Notes: a model not told the origin generated them from the letters alone. DNA of 45,484 nucleotides from Octopus bimaculoides (GCF_001194135.2 NC_068985.1:27345476-27390959); one strand, 5' to 3'. Positions 12,915 to 25,053 are shown, numbered from the stretch's first letter. Made by a program: numbers and translations.

Positions 12915-12988
12915 TGAATATATACATGCATACATTCATACACATGTACATATATGCATACATACATACATACATACATACATACATG

Positions 12989-13019
<31 letters not shown>

Positions 13020-13066
13020 GCATGCATGCATACATACATACATACATACATATATGCATGCATACA

Positions 13067-13099
<33 letters not shown>

Positions 13100-13155
13100 G
13101 CATGCATACATTCATACATGCATACATTCATATATACATACATGCATGCATATAT
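12915..13155. repeat. (TACA/CATG)n microsatellite
   Basis: Directly visible. Confidence 0.97.
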
Positions 13156-13199
13156 AACATGCTTTGAAGAGTTTCTAAGCATCAAATCTGACTGATGAC

Positions 13200-13620
13200 C
13201 AGAGTTGTAAGCCTGGGAAGATGGGAGATATTCATAAAAGTCAATGAAGCAAATAAATTTCTCATAACAAAAAGAAAAGTTAAGAAGAAATAAAATTAAA
13301 AAATAAAATATTGGTGATAGAGAAACTGAATAAAACCGCTTCACCGTTTATCAAAAGTTAAAAACTGTCGATAAAAAATTCTGTCATCTGAGAAGAATAG
13401 GTGAATAAAATTTAATGAAAAAGAAATTGAGAGTATGCTTTTGCAATCTAGAAACATGAAATAACAACAAAATATCTAGTGCATAAAAATGAGATGTTAA
13501 TAAATCTACCTATGAAGATTCTATATGACTCACATAATAAGTGCCTGTCCGAAAATGTAACCACATAATCTATACTTGAAACATGGTGTTGTTAACATCA
13601 CTATAGATTGCATTCTGCTG
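13200..13620 (+). mobile_element. R4/Dong-like LINE fragment (copy 4)
   Basis: EYAFAI*KHEITTKYLVHK and THIISACPKM..LKHGVV. Confidence 0.7.
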
Positions 13621-14012
13621 AAAGGGTAATCTTGAAGGTAAAAATATGGGAAGTTACAGCAATGTAGAGAGCATACTCATTTAAAATATTCAAGAAAACT
13701 AGAGAAACGTTAGCGTCAAAATCTCCGTCATATGTAGTCCCTATAGAGCAGAAATAATTACACTGTACAACAAATTTCATGGTCATTTTTTCATGAAGTT
13801 GATTGTGATAAATTCGAATTTTATAACAAAAATTTCCCATCATGGCACATTTTCTTGTAAATTACCGACTTAGTAACTATGCGATTTACACCAATTTCTA
13901 CGATATCATAAATTTATTTTGTTCCCAAAGTCAGATTAAATATGTCCATTGTAATTAATTTATAAATATATAATGAATCGGCATATTTGTTAACATTATA
14001 TAATGTATTAAC

Positions 14013-15260
14013 CTACATTTTAGAATTACTTCTTCGTTTATAAGACGTCTCAGGTGTGTCATGCTTCAGGTTCCAGAAGTCAACCAGCGTAGCTGGGCTC
14101 AATTTCCTCTTATACCTGTTTTCCATTGACGCTATATCCGGATAGAATCTCTCTCCATGTTCATCACTCACATCTGCATTCTCTGGCAAGAAGGACAGAT
14201 GAGAATGAAGGAAGTGTATCTTCAGTGACATATTGCATCCGAGATCTTGGTAGCACTTGATTAGGCTCTCCACTATACTCTCTCGCTGGACCACTAGGCG
14301 CTTTCCCAAAAGTCCTTTGTATACATCTTTTAATGCATGCCAGACCGCTAGCTCAGTTTCATCCATTGTCACCTCGAAGTCGTCATCAGCTATAAATTGA
14401 CAAATCTGAGGGCCTACGAATTTGCCCTCTTTAATCTTAGCATCACTTATTTTAGGGAAGATCTTGTGGTACTAGATACATGGCTTGTTATGTTGCAGCG
14501 CTTTGGTAAATTGCTTCATTAGGCCTAGTTTTATATGCAGTGGTGGCAAAATGATTTTCTCCTTCTTAACTAGTAGCCCATGATTTGCATTATGCTATCC
14601 AGGCGTCATAGTTTCTCGAGGCAGCCATTCTGAGCGTACATAATGTTCTGATCTGACCCGACTGTCTCACCCGCAAAAGAAGCACATAAACTTGGTGTAT
14701 TCAGTTTGTAGCCCATTAAGCAGGGTTACTACTTTCAAGTCCGCACAAATTAACCACTCATGCTCCTTGTAACTTATGCAGTCTAGAATAAAAGCGAGGT
14801 TCTCATATGTCTCTCTTAAAATGATTGAGTGAGCAATTGAAACTGAAGGCATGGTGTTCTCAATGTGCAACAGAACCGCTTTTATGTTGTAAAGGGATTC
14901 ATCTATGAATAATCTCCACTTAATCGGTTCATAGGTCAGCTCAAGGGCATTGAATAGTTCTCTGATATCATTACAATAAGTCAAGTTGTTTTCGAAAGTG
15001 AAGAATTGCTGTAGGTCTGCAGAACACATTCTAGATACTGTAATTCGAGCATCTTTATCCAACAGGTTCCATTGTTGGAACCTGTTGGATAAAGCCTTCC
15101 GAGTTCTTTTACAAGACTTAGAAAAACTGAAGGACCGCTGCAATAAGTGTGTGAATCTGAGAGGGGAATATGTTGAATAAAGTCATAATTAACTGATCCT
15201 CCTGTATTGTCTTTTACCCAAAGCCAGGAATTCTTCAGCACCCCCTCGTAGACTGAGTAC
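14013..15260 (-). pseudogene. Disrupted transposase, CMC/Chapaev3-like DNA transposon
   Basis: QQWNLLDKD..YCNDI..WRLFIDES..KAVLLH..WLICADLKVV..YTKFMCF, DSRVRSEHY..ILPPLHIKLGLMKQFTKAL..KIKEGKFVGPQI, CNMSLKIHFLHSHL..VSDEHGERF; at least two in-frame TAG stops plus frameshifts. Confidence 0.8.
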
Positions 15261-15663
15261 TTGAAGATTTTCGTAACTTGGATGAAAATGCAGCTACCAT
15301 CAGCTTCTGCATCAACAGTGACACTAACACGATTTATATTACATGGAAAGAAGGAGGGCGAGTCATAAGGCTCTTCTAAACTACCTTTAAATGCTGTATA
15401 GCATCACCAGATATAGCATATCACCAGTATAGCATAACCAGATTTAACATAACTAAATCACAAGCATATTCTAAATGATTGATGATATTTTGAGAGTGGG
15501 TGAAGGATAGGTATTCTGAGAGTACAGATGTTGCTTGTGACGCAAAAGTAAATGAAATGATCTACTGGATAGAAAATTGAAGCAAAAGTTGTACTCGGGT
15601 ACTTATTCTCGAAAGTTAGAGAATAACGACAGCATTAAGAAAAAAGACCAACTTCTCTTCGAT

Positions 15664-15732
15664 CAGTGATTGGTTAGTAAACTTATCGCGAAAACAAGAG
15701 GTGTAGGTTCGATTCCCATGTGTACTAATTCT
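15664..15732 (+). mobile_element. tRNA-like SINE head fragment
   Basis: A-box-like GATTGGTTAG and B box GGTTCGATTCC; no cloverleaf. Confidence 0.45.
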
Positions 15733-15734
15733 CA

Positions 15735-15767
15735 TATACATACAACATACATACATACATACCTACA

Positions 15768-15799
<32 letters not shown>

Positions 15800-16117
15800 C
15801 ACCTATAAAAAGCAAAGATAATAAAAATAACAAAAAATAAAGTACAACAAAAGTACAAGGGAAGTTCACAGTTAATACATTTCGGTTGATGCTCAGGATA
15901 GTGATAAATACTAGAATAAAAGTTATAACGCTTCGGATACGAGACAGAAGTCAGACAGTGGCTATATTTACATACAAGCAGGCATGCATACATACGTACA
16001 CAGACACACAGACACAGACACACACTCAGGCACACACTCAGACACACACGCACACGCACAACCACACACCCACACAACACATACATATAATACGTATATG
16101 CACGCGCACTCACACGT

Positions 16118-16150
<33 letters not shown>

Positions 16151-16240
16151 CGGCTATGTACATGCAATAAATAACATCTATGCTTGCATACGTGCATAGT
16201 GTGCACCTACATGTGTACATACACATATGCATACATGTAT
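15735..16240. repeat. Mixed (TACA)n/(CA)n/(TA)n low-complexity tract
   Basis: Directly visible. Confidence 0.9.
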
Positions 16241-16444
16241 GCATGGCAGAGGTCGAACCAGTGATGACTATATGCATTAGTTTTAAATGAGATCGAAAGC
16301 AAAGATGATCAGAGTAAAAATGATTTGTCTGTTTTAATGCAACTATCACATAAATGTCTCTTCTTAAGTAAATGCAATGAAGATTCATGTCAACTGGAAT
16401 TGTATTTAGAGAAGTGCCTTTTCAGACTACTAATTGAAAGTTCA

Positions 16445-16605
16445 TAGGCGCAGGAGTGGCTGTATGGTAAGAAGTTTACTTCCCAACCACATGGTTCTGG
16501 TTTCAGTCTCACTGCGTGGCACCTTGGGCAAGTGTCTCTTACTATAGCCTCGGGCCAACCAAAGCTTTGTGAGTGGATTTGGTAGACGGAACTGAAAGAA
16601 GTCCG

Positions 16606-16653
<48 letters not shown>

Positions 16654-16818
16654 GTGTGCATCTGTGTTTGTCCCCCACCACCACTTGACAATCGATGTTG
16701 GTAATTTAGCGGCCCAGCGAAAGAGCCCAATAGCATAAGTACTAGGGGTCGATTTGTTCGACTAAAGGCGGTGCTCCAGCATGGCTGCAGTCAAATGACT
16801 GAAACAAGTAAAAGAATA
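16445..16818 (+). mobile_element. SINE family A with internal (TA)n
   Basis: Homologous to 664-1070. Confidence 0.9.
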
Positions 16819-17351
16819 TATTACATGATTTGCAGATATATTTTCTAAGATTTATTGTTAGCTGCTTTCGTTTACGTACCCTGAAATAACTAAACAAGAG
16901 CAACCTTAGATAGACAAACTCGATTACATGCGGAACCTTACTGATATGTTAAGGGTCTCCATTCCTTGCATCTCACAATCCTTCAGTCACACACAAAAAA
17001 AAAAAAAATTCTAATTTAATCGTTACGTCTATTCCCTGACTCTGGCCGATTAGCTGCAGGTTAGACCCAGTCAACTTTTCACCTTCATTTGAGCAACGCT
17101 GCACATCTCAAAAGGACAATGAAATTGGAGGCGCACATCTAATACTTGCATATAAAAGAACAACAACGGAAACTCATTTAGATTTTACAATTCAATGCAG
17201 ACCAGCAATATCCAGTAAATTCTGAGCAATTGTTCATTATTCTTAGAAAATATGATATACGTATGCTGTTAACTTCATGTCTTGTTATTTTTCGGCATAT
17301 GGGTTTTTCTTATATATGTTCAGGTCGGTGTAATGGAATTACAGATCGGAA

Positions 17352-17361
17352 NNNNNNNNNN
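17352..17361. other. Assembly gap (10 N)
   Basis: N run. Confidence 1.
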
Positions 17362-18136
17362 AACATAGTGGAAAAACACTTATTCGAATTATTGGATTAC
17401 TGATAGGTGCTGAGTTCAAAATCATTGCAGGAATTTCGTTATGAATTTGGGCAATACACTTTAATGATTCGCGCCTCAGTTCACCTAGTTATCGAAGCTG
17501 TGATTACGATAAACTGACGTCCTATACTATGAGATTAACGCTTCACACTACGAAGCTTAACGCTTACTAGCAATGCCGCGAAACAAACGCTTAAGTGTCC
17601 TTTGGGGGATTTATTTCAACGATCTTTACTACTGATAGATTTTACTACTGATAAAACTTCAGATTCTGTTAGTTTACACATATCATCTGCTTTGCTTGAT
17701 AGCAAAGATTGGTTATCTATGTACGTTTAAAAGCAGGTGTTTTGCTTTAAGATATACCTGTCATAAGACTACAATATTAAAGTAGCAGTAGTTTTTATGA
17801 TTAAAACGATGAACCGATACCTGGAAATACTGTATACTGTTGAATGTTAGCAGAGTTACTAGTCATACATACATAATATTCTGAATATATTTAGTTTTTG
17901 TGTCTATATATATCCCTATATATCTATATATGTATATTCATCTATTTATTTCTATATTTATATATGTCAAGCCTCATCGTGTTTATCTACACCACACTCT
18001 CCATATCAGACCACCTGGATTTCTCTTATAGCCACTCTTTACCCCGTGGACCTAGTCTTTGATAAATACTTTGGAGCTCAAATTATTAGCACTACTACGT
18101 GTTTTCTATTTTAAGCATCTCTAGATCCCACCTGCT

Positions 18137-18327
18137 GTATGTATGTATGTATGTATGTATGTATGTATGTATGTATGTATGTATGTATGTATGTATGTAT
18201 TATGTATGTATGTATGTACATATGCCTGTGTGTATGTATGTATGTATGTATGTATGTATGTATGTACATATGCCTGTGTGTATGTATGTATGTATGTATG
18301 TATGTATGTATGTATGTATGTATGTAT
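18137..18327. repeat. (TATG)n with duplicated CATATGCCTGTGTG interruption
   Basis: Directly visible higher-order duplication. Confidence 0.95.
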
Positions 18328-18586
18328 GCCATTATTCAGTTTATTTCAAGTTTTCTTGCCAATAGAGAAAGAGCCGGTTTCTAACCTAGATCCAAGGCTC
18401 CTTCATTGGAATTTCAACATTAGGAGAGTATTTCTGTATATATTGTATGCATGTATGTATGCATGTATACATGTGTGTGCGTGTGTGTGTATGTGTGTGT
18501 GTATGGGCGTGTGTGTGTATGTATACGAACAAATTTGTACGTTTTTTATGTGTCTTATGCATGTACTTATATATCTTGACATGCTC

Positions 18587-18590
<4 letters not shown>
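18328..18590 (+). mobile_element. TATG-embedded dispersed element, copy 2
   Basis: Homologous to 12695-12913 and 41856-42080; (TATG)n on both sides. Confidence 0.85.
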
Positions 18591-18617
<27 letters not shown>

Positions 18618-19009
18618 TGTATGTTTGTATATATGTATGTATGTATGCATGCATGTATGTGAGTATGTATGTATGTGTGTGTGAGTGTGTGTATGCGTGT
18701 GTGTGTGTATGTATTTGTGTGTATGTATGTATGTATGTATGTATGTATGTATGTATTATGTATGTATTATGTATGTATGAATTCAATTACGATTTCAGTT
18801 CGATAAACGAATGTATTCTACTGAATTACTACCAGTATATCTCAGATGAGTGCCAAATGACTGGATCACAATTATGGTCTTCTCTTCATATCAAAATATA
18901 CTTTAAAATCTGTTGGGATTTGTTGTGATTAAAATTTAAATAATTGGAAGAAAGTAACAGCTAGTCTAATATGAAGTAACTTACTAGACAAAGTTAACAC
19001 AATGATGAC

Positions 19010-19205
19010 CCAAAGAAGATGCCTCTATGTGGTCGCTTGACCTGTTAGAATTACTACCAAAACTAAACCCTACTATCTGAAACAAGAAGAAAGAGACAGT
19101 GGATTATGCAGTTCAAGATACACTGTGAGGTGGAAAAAATATCGGTTGGCCACTGCACACCCTCATTCGCGTCTGTTCGATAGAAATAGACCTAGGGTTG
19201 GACAG
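19010..19205 (+). mobile_element. Dispersed repeat (SINE-like), diverged
   Basis: CTCTATGTGGTCGCTTGACCTGTTAGAA.. shared with 30490-30560 and 30740-30960. Confidence 0.5.
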
Positions 19206-19539
19206 TACCAAGTTAATTTAAAACTGCATAGGATATTAAAATTATTTCCTTTATTTTTATCTTAATAAACGAAATTACGGGTCGTATAAAATCCAATTGT
19301 CTTTAGCCATCGAATTAGAACATAAAAAAGTTTGTCAAAAAACATTTCCTGTCTGAGGAAGAGAAATCGAAATTACTTCAACCGAATATTGGAATTGTTT
19401 TGTGTCTTTTTCTTTCATTAATTTAGTCTGAAGGAAGGAATTGTACCCATATCCTTTACAGTTTCTCAGAGACAAGGGAGAACAAAGTGGTTGATGTTCC
19501 TCTTAAATAACTAAAAGTTGATGGCAAGCGATAGTGGGA

Positions 19540-20400
19540 GAATTTTCAGAGAGTCGACATTCTAGAGAGGAAGGATTGCGAAAAATGAGAAGTTAGGGTT
19601 AGGGTTAGGGTTAGGAGGAGGAGCCTGGGGTGGGTGAGGGCACAGTATAGAATGACAAATAGAAGAAAGACGAGTTAGTTGCAGAATTTCTAAGAAGAGC
19701 TGACACTAGACTAGTCAGTTATAAGGAGTAGAGGGTACTGAAGAAGCGACAGAAAATGCAGATTAAGCCAGCAGTGTGATGTCTGTGGAATAAAGTTCGA
19801 GTGTGTTCGCAAGCGACTCCATGTTAATCAGCCTGGCTGGCCATTTTTGGATACTGACGAGTTTGTGTAGCAGTAATATTGTCTGGACCGTGAGTACAGT
19901 ATTTGTTATAAGTTTCACCTTTGCTTTGTAAATAATTTGTAGTTGTCAGAGCTAAAGTATTTTCTTGCTCTGAACAGAAACATTAGTTTTTATGCAGTAC
20001 TCCTTACTACGCTGTTGCGTCGAGTGTGCGAGATCGTCAAGAGAGATAATAATTGTTGGCAAAGACTGATGTTTTTATAGCAGCCTTGAAGGTTTTAGTT
20101 GCGTGTTGTTGATGCTTTGGAAGTTGGGTGGGTACGATGATGTTTTGTTGAAATGCGTAGCAACTGTGTTGAAGGAGACAAGATTGGTATGACCCTATTA
20201 GAGAATGTTTCCAAGGTTTTTGCTTATGAAGTTAGTGCAAATTTGGCGGAGGTGTCTAAGGTGCTTGTACTTGATAATTGAGTACGGAAAATTAGTGAGT
20301 GCAGAATGATATCTGTATAAGAGTGGACGTTATAGGAAGTGACAGCAATAGGCACTTGATGTGTAAATGAAAGAGTTCAGAGGCAAAATCTAACAACAAA
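19540..20400 (-). mobile_element. Penelope-like relic (RT thumb to GIY-YIG region)
   Basis: Minus strand YKHLRHLRQICTNFISK..GHTNLV (cf. YSQFLRLRRICS..RGYP), SYPPNFQSI, later EHTR-like GIY-YIG remnant. Confidence 0.55.
19593..19615 (+). repeat. (TTAGGG)3-TTAGG interstitial telomeric-type repeat
   Basis: Directly visible. Confidence 0.85.
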
Positions 20401-21004
20401 ATACACCAGAGTTGATACAGTGTCAGCTAGTGAATGAGAATCTTGATATCTGACAGAAAACCTCCTATTCAAGGGAGGGAAGGTAAATGGATCTTATAGG
20501 TAGCCAGCTAAGTTAAGAGATTCGTATACCAGATACGAAATCTTTGCTGATGACATATCCAACAACACCGTTTTTACTAAATCGCTCAAGAATGATGATT
20601 CACTAGTGAGTGACATTTGACCGGAAATTTTCTTGTAGATCTCGCTCTTACAGAAGTCGTGCTGATACTCATTATGTTATTTAGACCATCGTATTTATGC
20701 TTGTTCTGTTGCCTTATTATAAATTTAAATTACGCTCGTAAACTATAATTGTCTATCTGAACTTAAATTAACACAAATAAACTCCTTTTCTATAAAACAA
20801 TGCCTCAGTAGTTGTAATATAATTTATTACTAACTATACTAAGTTATCCTTGTACTGTTTAGATGTAAATATTCGAACTTAGATGAAAGGGAAAACATGC
20901 AAACATATCATTCGATCAGTCAATAATTCAATTTATGCATCAATCAGTTGGTCTATTCTCTCAATAAACTATTCGAAGCAATAGATTGCCAAACCAAATG
21001 AATA

Positions 21005-21409
21005 TCTTTTATCTTTTACTTGTTTCAGTCATTAGACTGCATTAGCTGGAGCACTGCCTTGAAGGACTAAGCCGAACAACTTGTCCCCAGTTCTTACTTT
21101 TTTCTAATCTTAGTACTTATATTATCGCTCTCTTTCTGCCGAACAGCTAAGTTACAGGGACGTAAACAAACCAACACCAGTTATCAAGCGGTGGTAGGGA
21201 CAAACACAAGCACAAAGGCATACGCGCGCACACGCACATTTACGACTGTGCTTCTTTCAGTTTCCCTCTACCAAATCCACTCACAAACCTTTAATCGGCT
21301 CGGGGCTATGATAGACGACACTTGTCCAAGGGGTCACACAGTGGGACTGAAACCCTTAACATGTGGTTGGGAAGCAAACTTTGTACCACACAGCCTCACC
21401 TGCACCTAT
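21005..21409 (-). mobile_element. SINE family A
   Basis: Reverse complement of the family A head and body. Confidence 0.85.
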
Positions 21410-21779
21410 TGGCATATCAATTTCGTTCTAAGTTCTAATTTCAAATCTCAAGAGGTTCAGCTTAACGTTTTGTACGTTTCTGAACCGATATTAATTACTG
21501 GTTGATAATAAGTGCCAAATGAAGTACCAGTAATGCAATGTAAATTCAACGAAAACTCGCTTCCTAATTTGTCTCTTACTAAAACATTATAAATATAAAT
21601 GGAGATGTTGCCATATAACATAGCTTTCTGGTTTGTTATAGAACGAACAAAAATGATGATCAAGAATAAAGAATCACATTTTGCAAAAAAATTTTCCGGT
21701 CATTTCATACCTTAAAATCATGTACAAATTAATAATACAACAGCCGTGTTAATCAGTTTATCGGGGATAATTTTCAATC

Positions 21780-22200
21780 TAATAAGATTGAAAATTATGA
21801 ATTGATGAAGAAGCAATTGGAATACAAATGAGTTTATTAGTTCAGGCTTGTATTGATCACATCTGAATAAAGTTATATACTGCGACAAACTAGCAGGCTG
21901 TGCAGTTAAAAGGGTACCTTTTTTTATAGATTGAATACATATTTCCTTAATGCAAGCTTGCGCCATGTTCATGGCAAAGGTGTTTAATTGTAAATAAATA
22001 TAATAAAAAGTACAATACATCCCAACGTAAATAGCTGGTTGGAGCATTTCGTTAACCAGTATGCTGAGATGAAATATTTCCTTGGCAATATAGATATACA
22101 TAAGAATATTCTATGATCTAGATACACGAGATAAAAATCTTCAGCGTTTCTCAATGATGTAGGAAATCCATAATCATGTGAATTCATTAACTATTGCGTC
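21780..22200 (+). mobile_element. Possible MULE-like transposase remnant
   Basis: KVIYCDK..IFP*CKLAPCSW resembles MULE IxTD..FP..CxWH; heavily decayed. Confidence 0.25.
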
Positions 22201-22256
22201 CGTAAAACTCTTAACGATATATTTTAATTGCAGTAGTGGTTCCATCTTTTTTACCT

Positions 22257-22413
22257 TCTGAATTCAAATATCCTGTCGATTTCAACTTCGCATTTCATCC
22301 TTCCGGTGTTGATAAAATGAGTACCAAGTCCTAGTTCATTACTGAGGTCAAACTAATCGACTACATCCTCTCCCAAAATGTTTGGCCATGTGCCTATGTT
22401 TGAAATCAATACT
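22257..22413 (+). mobile_element. SINE family B, 5'-truncated
   Basis: TCTGAATTCAAA..TTTCATCCTTCCGGTGTTGATAAAATGAGTACC..TTTGAAATCAATA. Confidence 0.75.
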
Positions 22414-22799
22414 AAATAAAATGTTTTCTAATTTTTAGTGCTCATCTTGATTAATTATAACTTGATCAAAAATGAAGAAATTAAAATTCAATAGAAATTG
22501 TATCCAAGTTGATTTATTTGTTTGTTAAAGCTTCCTTGCCAAATTCTGTACAATCAATCGAACGATCGTGATATTAAGTTTAAATTGACACCGGTCGCAA
22601 GGAAATAGTAAGTTAAGGTAAAACCATAAGAATACTTATTATAACGGCTGGTCATAAAAGACGATTATTTTTTCTTGCAACAATACATACATCATATTGT
22701 CGAGGATGTTGACACGAAAAGAAAAACCAGAAAACAAAAATACAAAGCAAAGTAATGATTAAATAATTCATTTTAGAAGAGCATAATAGATATTTCAGC

Positions 22800-23350
22800 G
22801 TCAACCTAAGCTAGCAGCAAGAAGCAAACATCAGAGCTAAGACTGTTTACGTGAGGAAATAATGGAAAAGCTTTCAAAGTAAACTAACAATGCTTGCAAA
22901 TACTGTAGAAAGGAAAATATGTAGCTTTAATGTTAGCTTTCAACTAGTGACTTATTTTGCTTATTAGTGATACGTTTTGGATAAATGAAAAACAGGTGCT
23001 TCAAAAATGCTCGAGGGACAAAGAAAAATTAGTTTTGAAGGAATCGAAAATCAAGTTGACAATAGATATGTCTGGGCAGGTGAAGATTTTGACAGTAGGT
23101 AATGTTTTTTTAGAGCGTTTCTGCTAGCCAAATCGAAAGGCCCAAAATCCGTGCGTCGCTCCTTAGGCTGTATCCCTGCCATATACACTTACAAACTTTA
23201 TAAGACTGTAATTGTTATACTCCTGATGGGTATAATTCATTGCTGTTAACAGTTGGAGCACTATATTTTGATAAGTTTTTTTCATCGTGCAGCGCTGAGC
23301 TCTTTCTGTGAGTACAGTTTCCTCTGATTCTGGGATCTTAAATAATGCTT
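22800..23350 (+). mobile_element. Decayed APE-type LINE RT C-terminal fragment (CR1/L2/RTE)
   Basis: CKYCRKE, GIENQVDNRYVWAG, YKLYKTVIVILLMG (cf. LYKTxVxPxLxYG). Confidence 0.4.
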
Positions 23351-23841
23351 CACGAGAAATAATGCATTATGATATTCATATCACGTTACTTTGAGTTCAA
23401 ATCTAGGCTAAATTCACTTTTACCTTTCGAGGATAGATCCTAAAAGGAAATTTTGAACACAAGTGATATAAAGTCGCAATCTATTTTTCTGAAAAGTATC
23501 ATCGAATCCTCCAAAACCATCTCGTATTTCTAATGTGTAATAGCTGATTGAGATGGTGTAGGTGTTAATTACTGAAGAGTCATTAATTCATGTCATGTCA
23601 CCGTCACCGCGCTGTGTTCACTTTGTTTTAGATAAATACCATGAGCAGGTGCAAGAAACGGAAGTCTGACTAATTGAAAACTGTTTTGTAAAACCGTAGT
23701 ATCGAGTTCTAAACGTTCCACGAAGTATGAATGACGTAGGATTCACTTCTGAGAGACACTTCACAGGAAGACAAGATTTTTTTAGTGCTTTTCCTTGCGA
23801 GACAATCGCTGACAGAAATTCCAAATATTACTTCTTATATA

Positions 23842-24058
23842 TTATTTACATTTGACGGATATTTGTCCTCATCTTGTTTGTTGTTAACATAACGTTTCAG
23901 CTGATATACCCTCCAGCCTTCATCAGGTGTCTTGGGGAAATTTCAAACCTGGGTTCTCATTTCGTTGTTGTTGTTATTATTATTATAATTGTTCAGGTCA
24001 CTGCTTAGAATCGAACTCGGAATCTTGGGGTTAGTGGCCTGCACTCGTAACCACTACG
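23842..24058 (-). mobile_element. tRNA-headed short element with hammerhead motif (left copy)
   Basis: A box CGTAGTGGTTA, B box GAGTTCGATTC, (AAT/AAC)n linker, HHR motif, (TGTAAATAA) tail. Confidence 0.8.
23886..23931 (-). ncRNA. Minimal type I hammerhead ribozyme motif
   Basis: GACAC-CUGAUGA-A-GGCUG(10-nt loop)CAGCU-GAAA-C-GUU-AUGUU; intact core, one stem I mismatch. Confidence 0.65.
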
Positions 24059-24061
24059 TCA

Positions 24062-24078
24062 TCGATTCCAGGCAGTGA

Positions 24079-24140
<62 letters not shown>

Positions 24141-24290
24141 TTGAAAAATACCTTAGGAATGAGAACTCAGGTTCAAAATTTCCACAAGACACCCGATGAA
24201 GGCTGGAGGGTATATCAGCCGAAACGTTGTGTTAACAACAAAGAAGATGAGGACAAATATCCGTCAAATGTAAATAATGTAAATAATGTA
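24062..24290 (+). mobile_element. Same element, 5'-truncated right copy with (TAA)n expansion
   Basis: Starts at TCGATTCCAGGCAGTGACCTGA; inverted homolog of 23842-24020. Confidence 0.8.
24188..24233 (+). ncRNA. Minimal type I hammerhead ribozyme motif (U4C core variant)
   Basis: GACAC-CCGAUGA-A-GGCUG(10 nt)CAGCC-GAAA-C-GUU-GUGUU; stems I and II fully paired. Confidence 0.6.
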
Positions 24291-25053
24291 CATAATTCCT
24301 TATCTCTTAAATATAGAACTGTATTACCTCTTATATTTCAGACACATGGAGTCCCCTAGCGGACAGTAAGTACGAAAAGGTAATCATTTCATTATAATAT
24401 TTGGCGGGATTAGAAGTTTGAATTTGCAATTAGGAATAAGGAAAAAGATACACAGAATATACATACTTAAATTCTGTTTTAGCTTTCTTACTACGAAAGT
24501 CTTAAAACTTTTGGTTTTAGTTAATCCCGTACAGCACCATTTCATTCTCTTTAGACACCATCAGCATGACATAAACTACAGTATATAAATTGAACATCTT
24601 ATGAAGCGAGACATTTCTTATCGATTGAAAATAATTATAGTCTTGAATAAATTCAAAGAATGAGTGTTTGGAAGTTTTATTGATTCCTTCTGTTTTTTTT
24701 TTTTTTGTGAAGTAAGTATCCAGGTTTCATGTTTTTAAATAATTTTGCAGCATCTTTCAAAATATATCTAGAAATGTCGCAAATGCAGTGGTCTAACTTG
24801 ATTGCATGCTGCTCGGGGCAATCTCTGAATTTGCCTTTCCCGGAAGCCTAATTCTGTAAAGATTTATACAATAGACCCAAAAGTGTTGCCTTTCCCCCAC
24901 CAACTGTACTTGTATGCAAATGTCTAGTCGTTCTATTATTTGTTATTGCTGTATATTTCTTTGCTGAGTTACGTATCACAAGCGTAAACACTTATCAGTT
25001 ACACAGACCCTCTGTCACCTAAAATAGTATTGTACATGATACATATTTTAAAA

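Noticed and set aside
15398-15441. Three copies of TATAGCAT..ACCAG as a CRISPR-like or functional array
   Set aside because: No spacers; a simple slippage duplication in eukaryotic DNA
19593-19615. True telomere
   Set aside because: Only about four units, internal, with ordinary sequence on both sides
23163-23366. Minus-strand open frame with IVLQLLTAMNYTHQ (kinase helix E-like) and a GTAAGT donor
   Set aside because: No HRD motif follows, and the opposite strand reads as a LINE RT remnant (KLYKTVIVILLMG)
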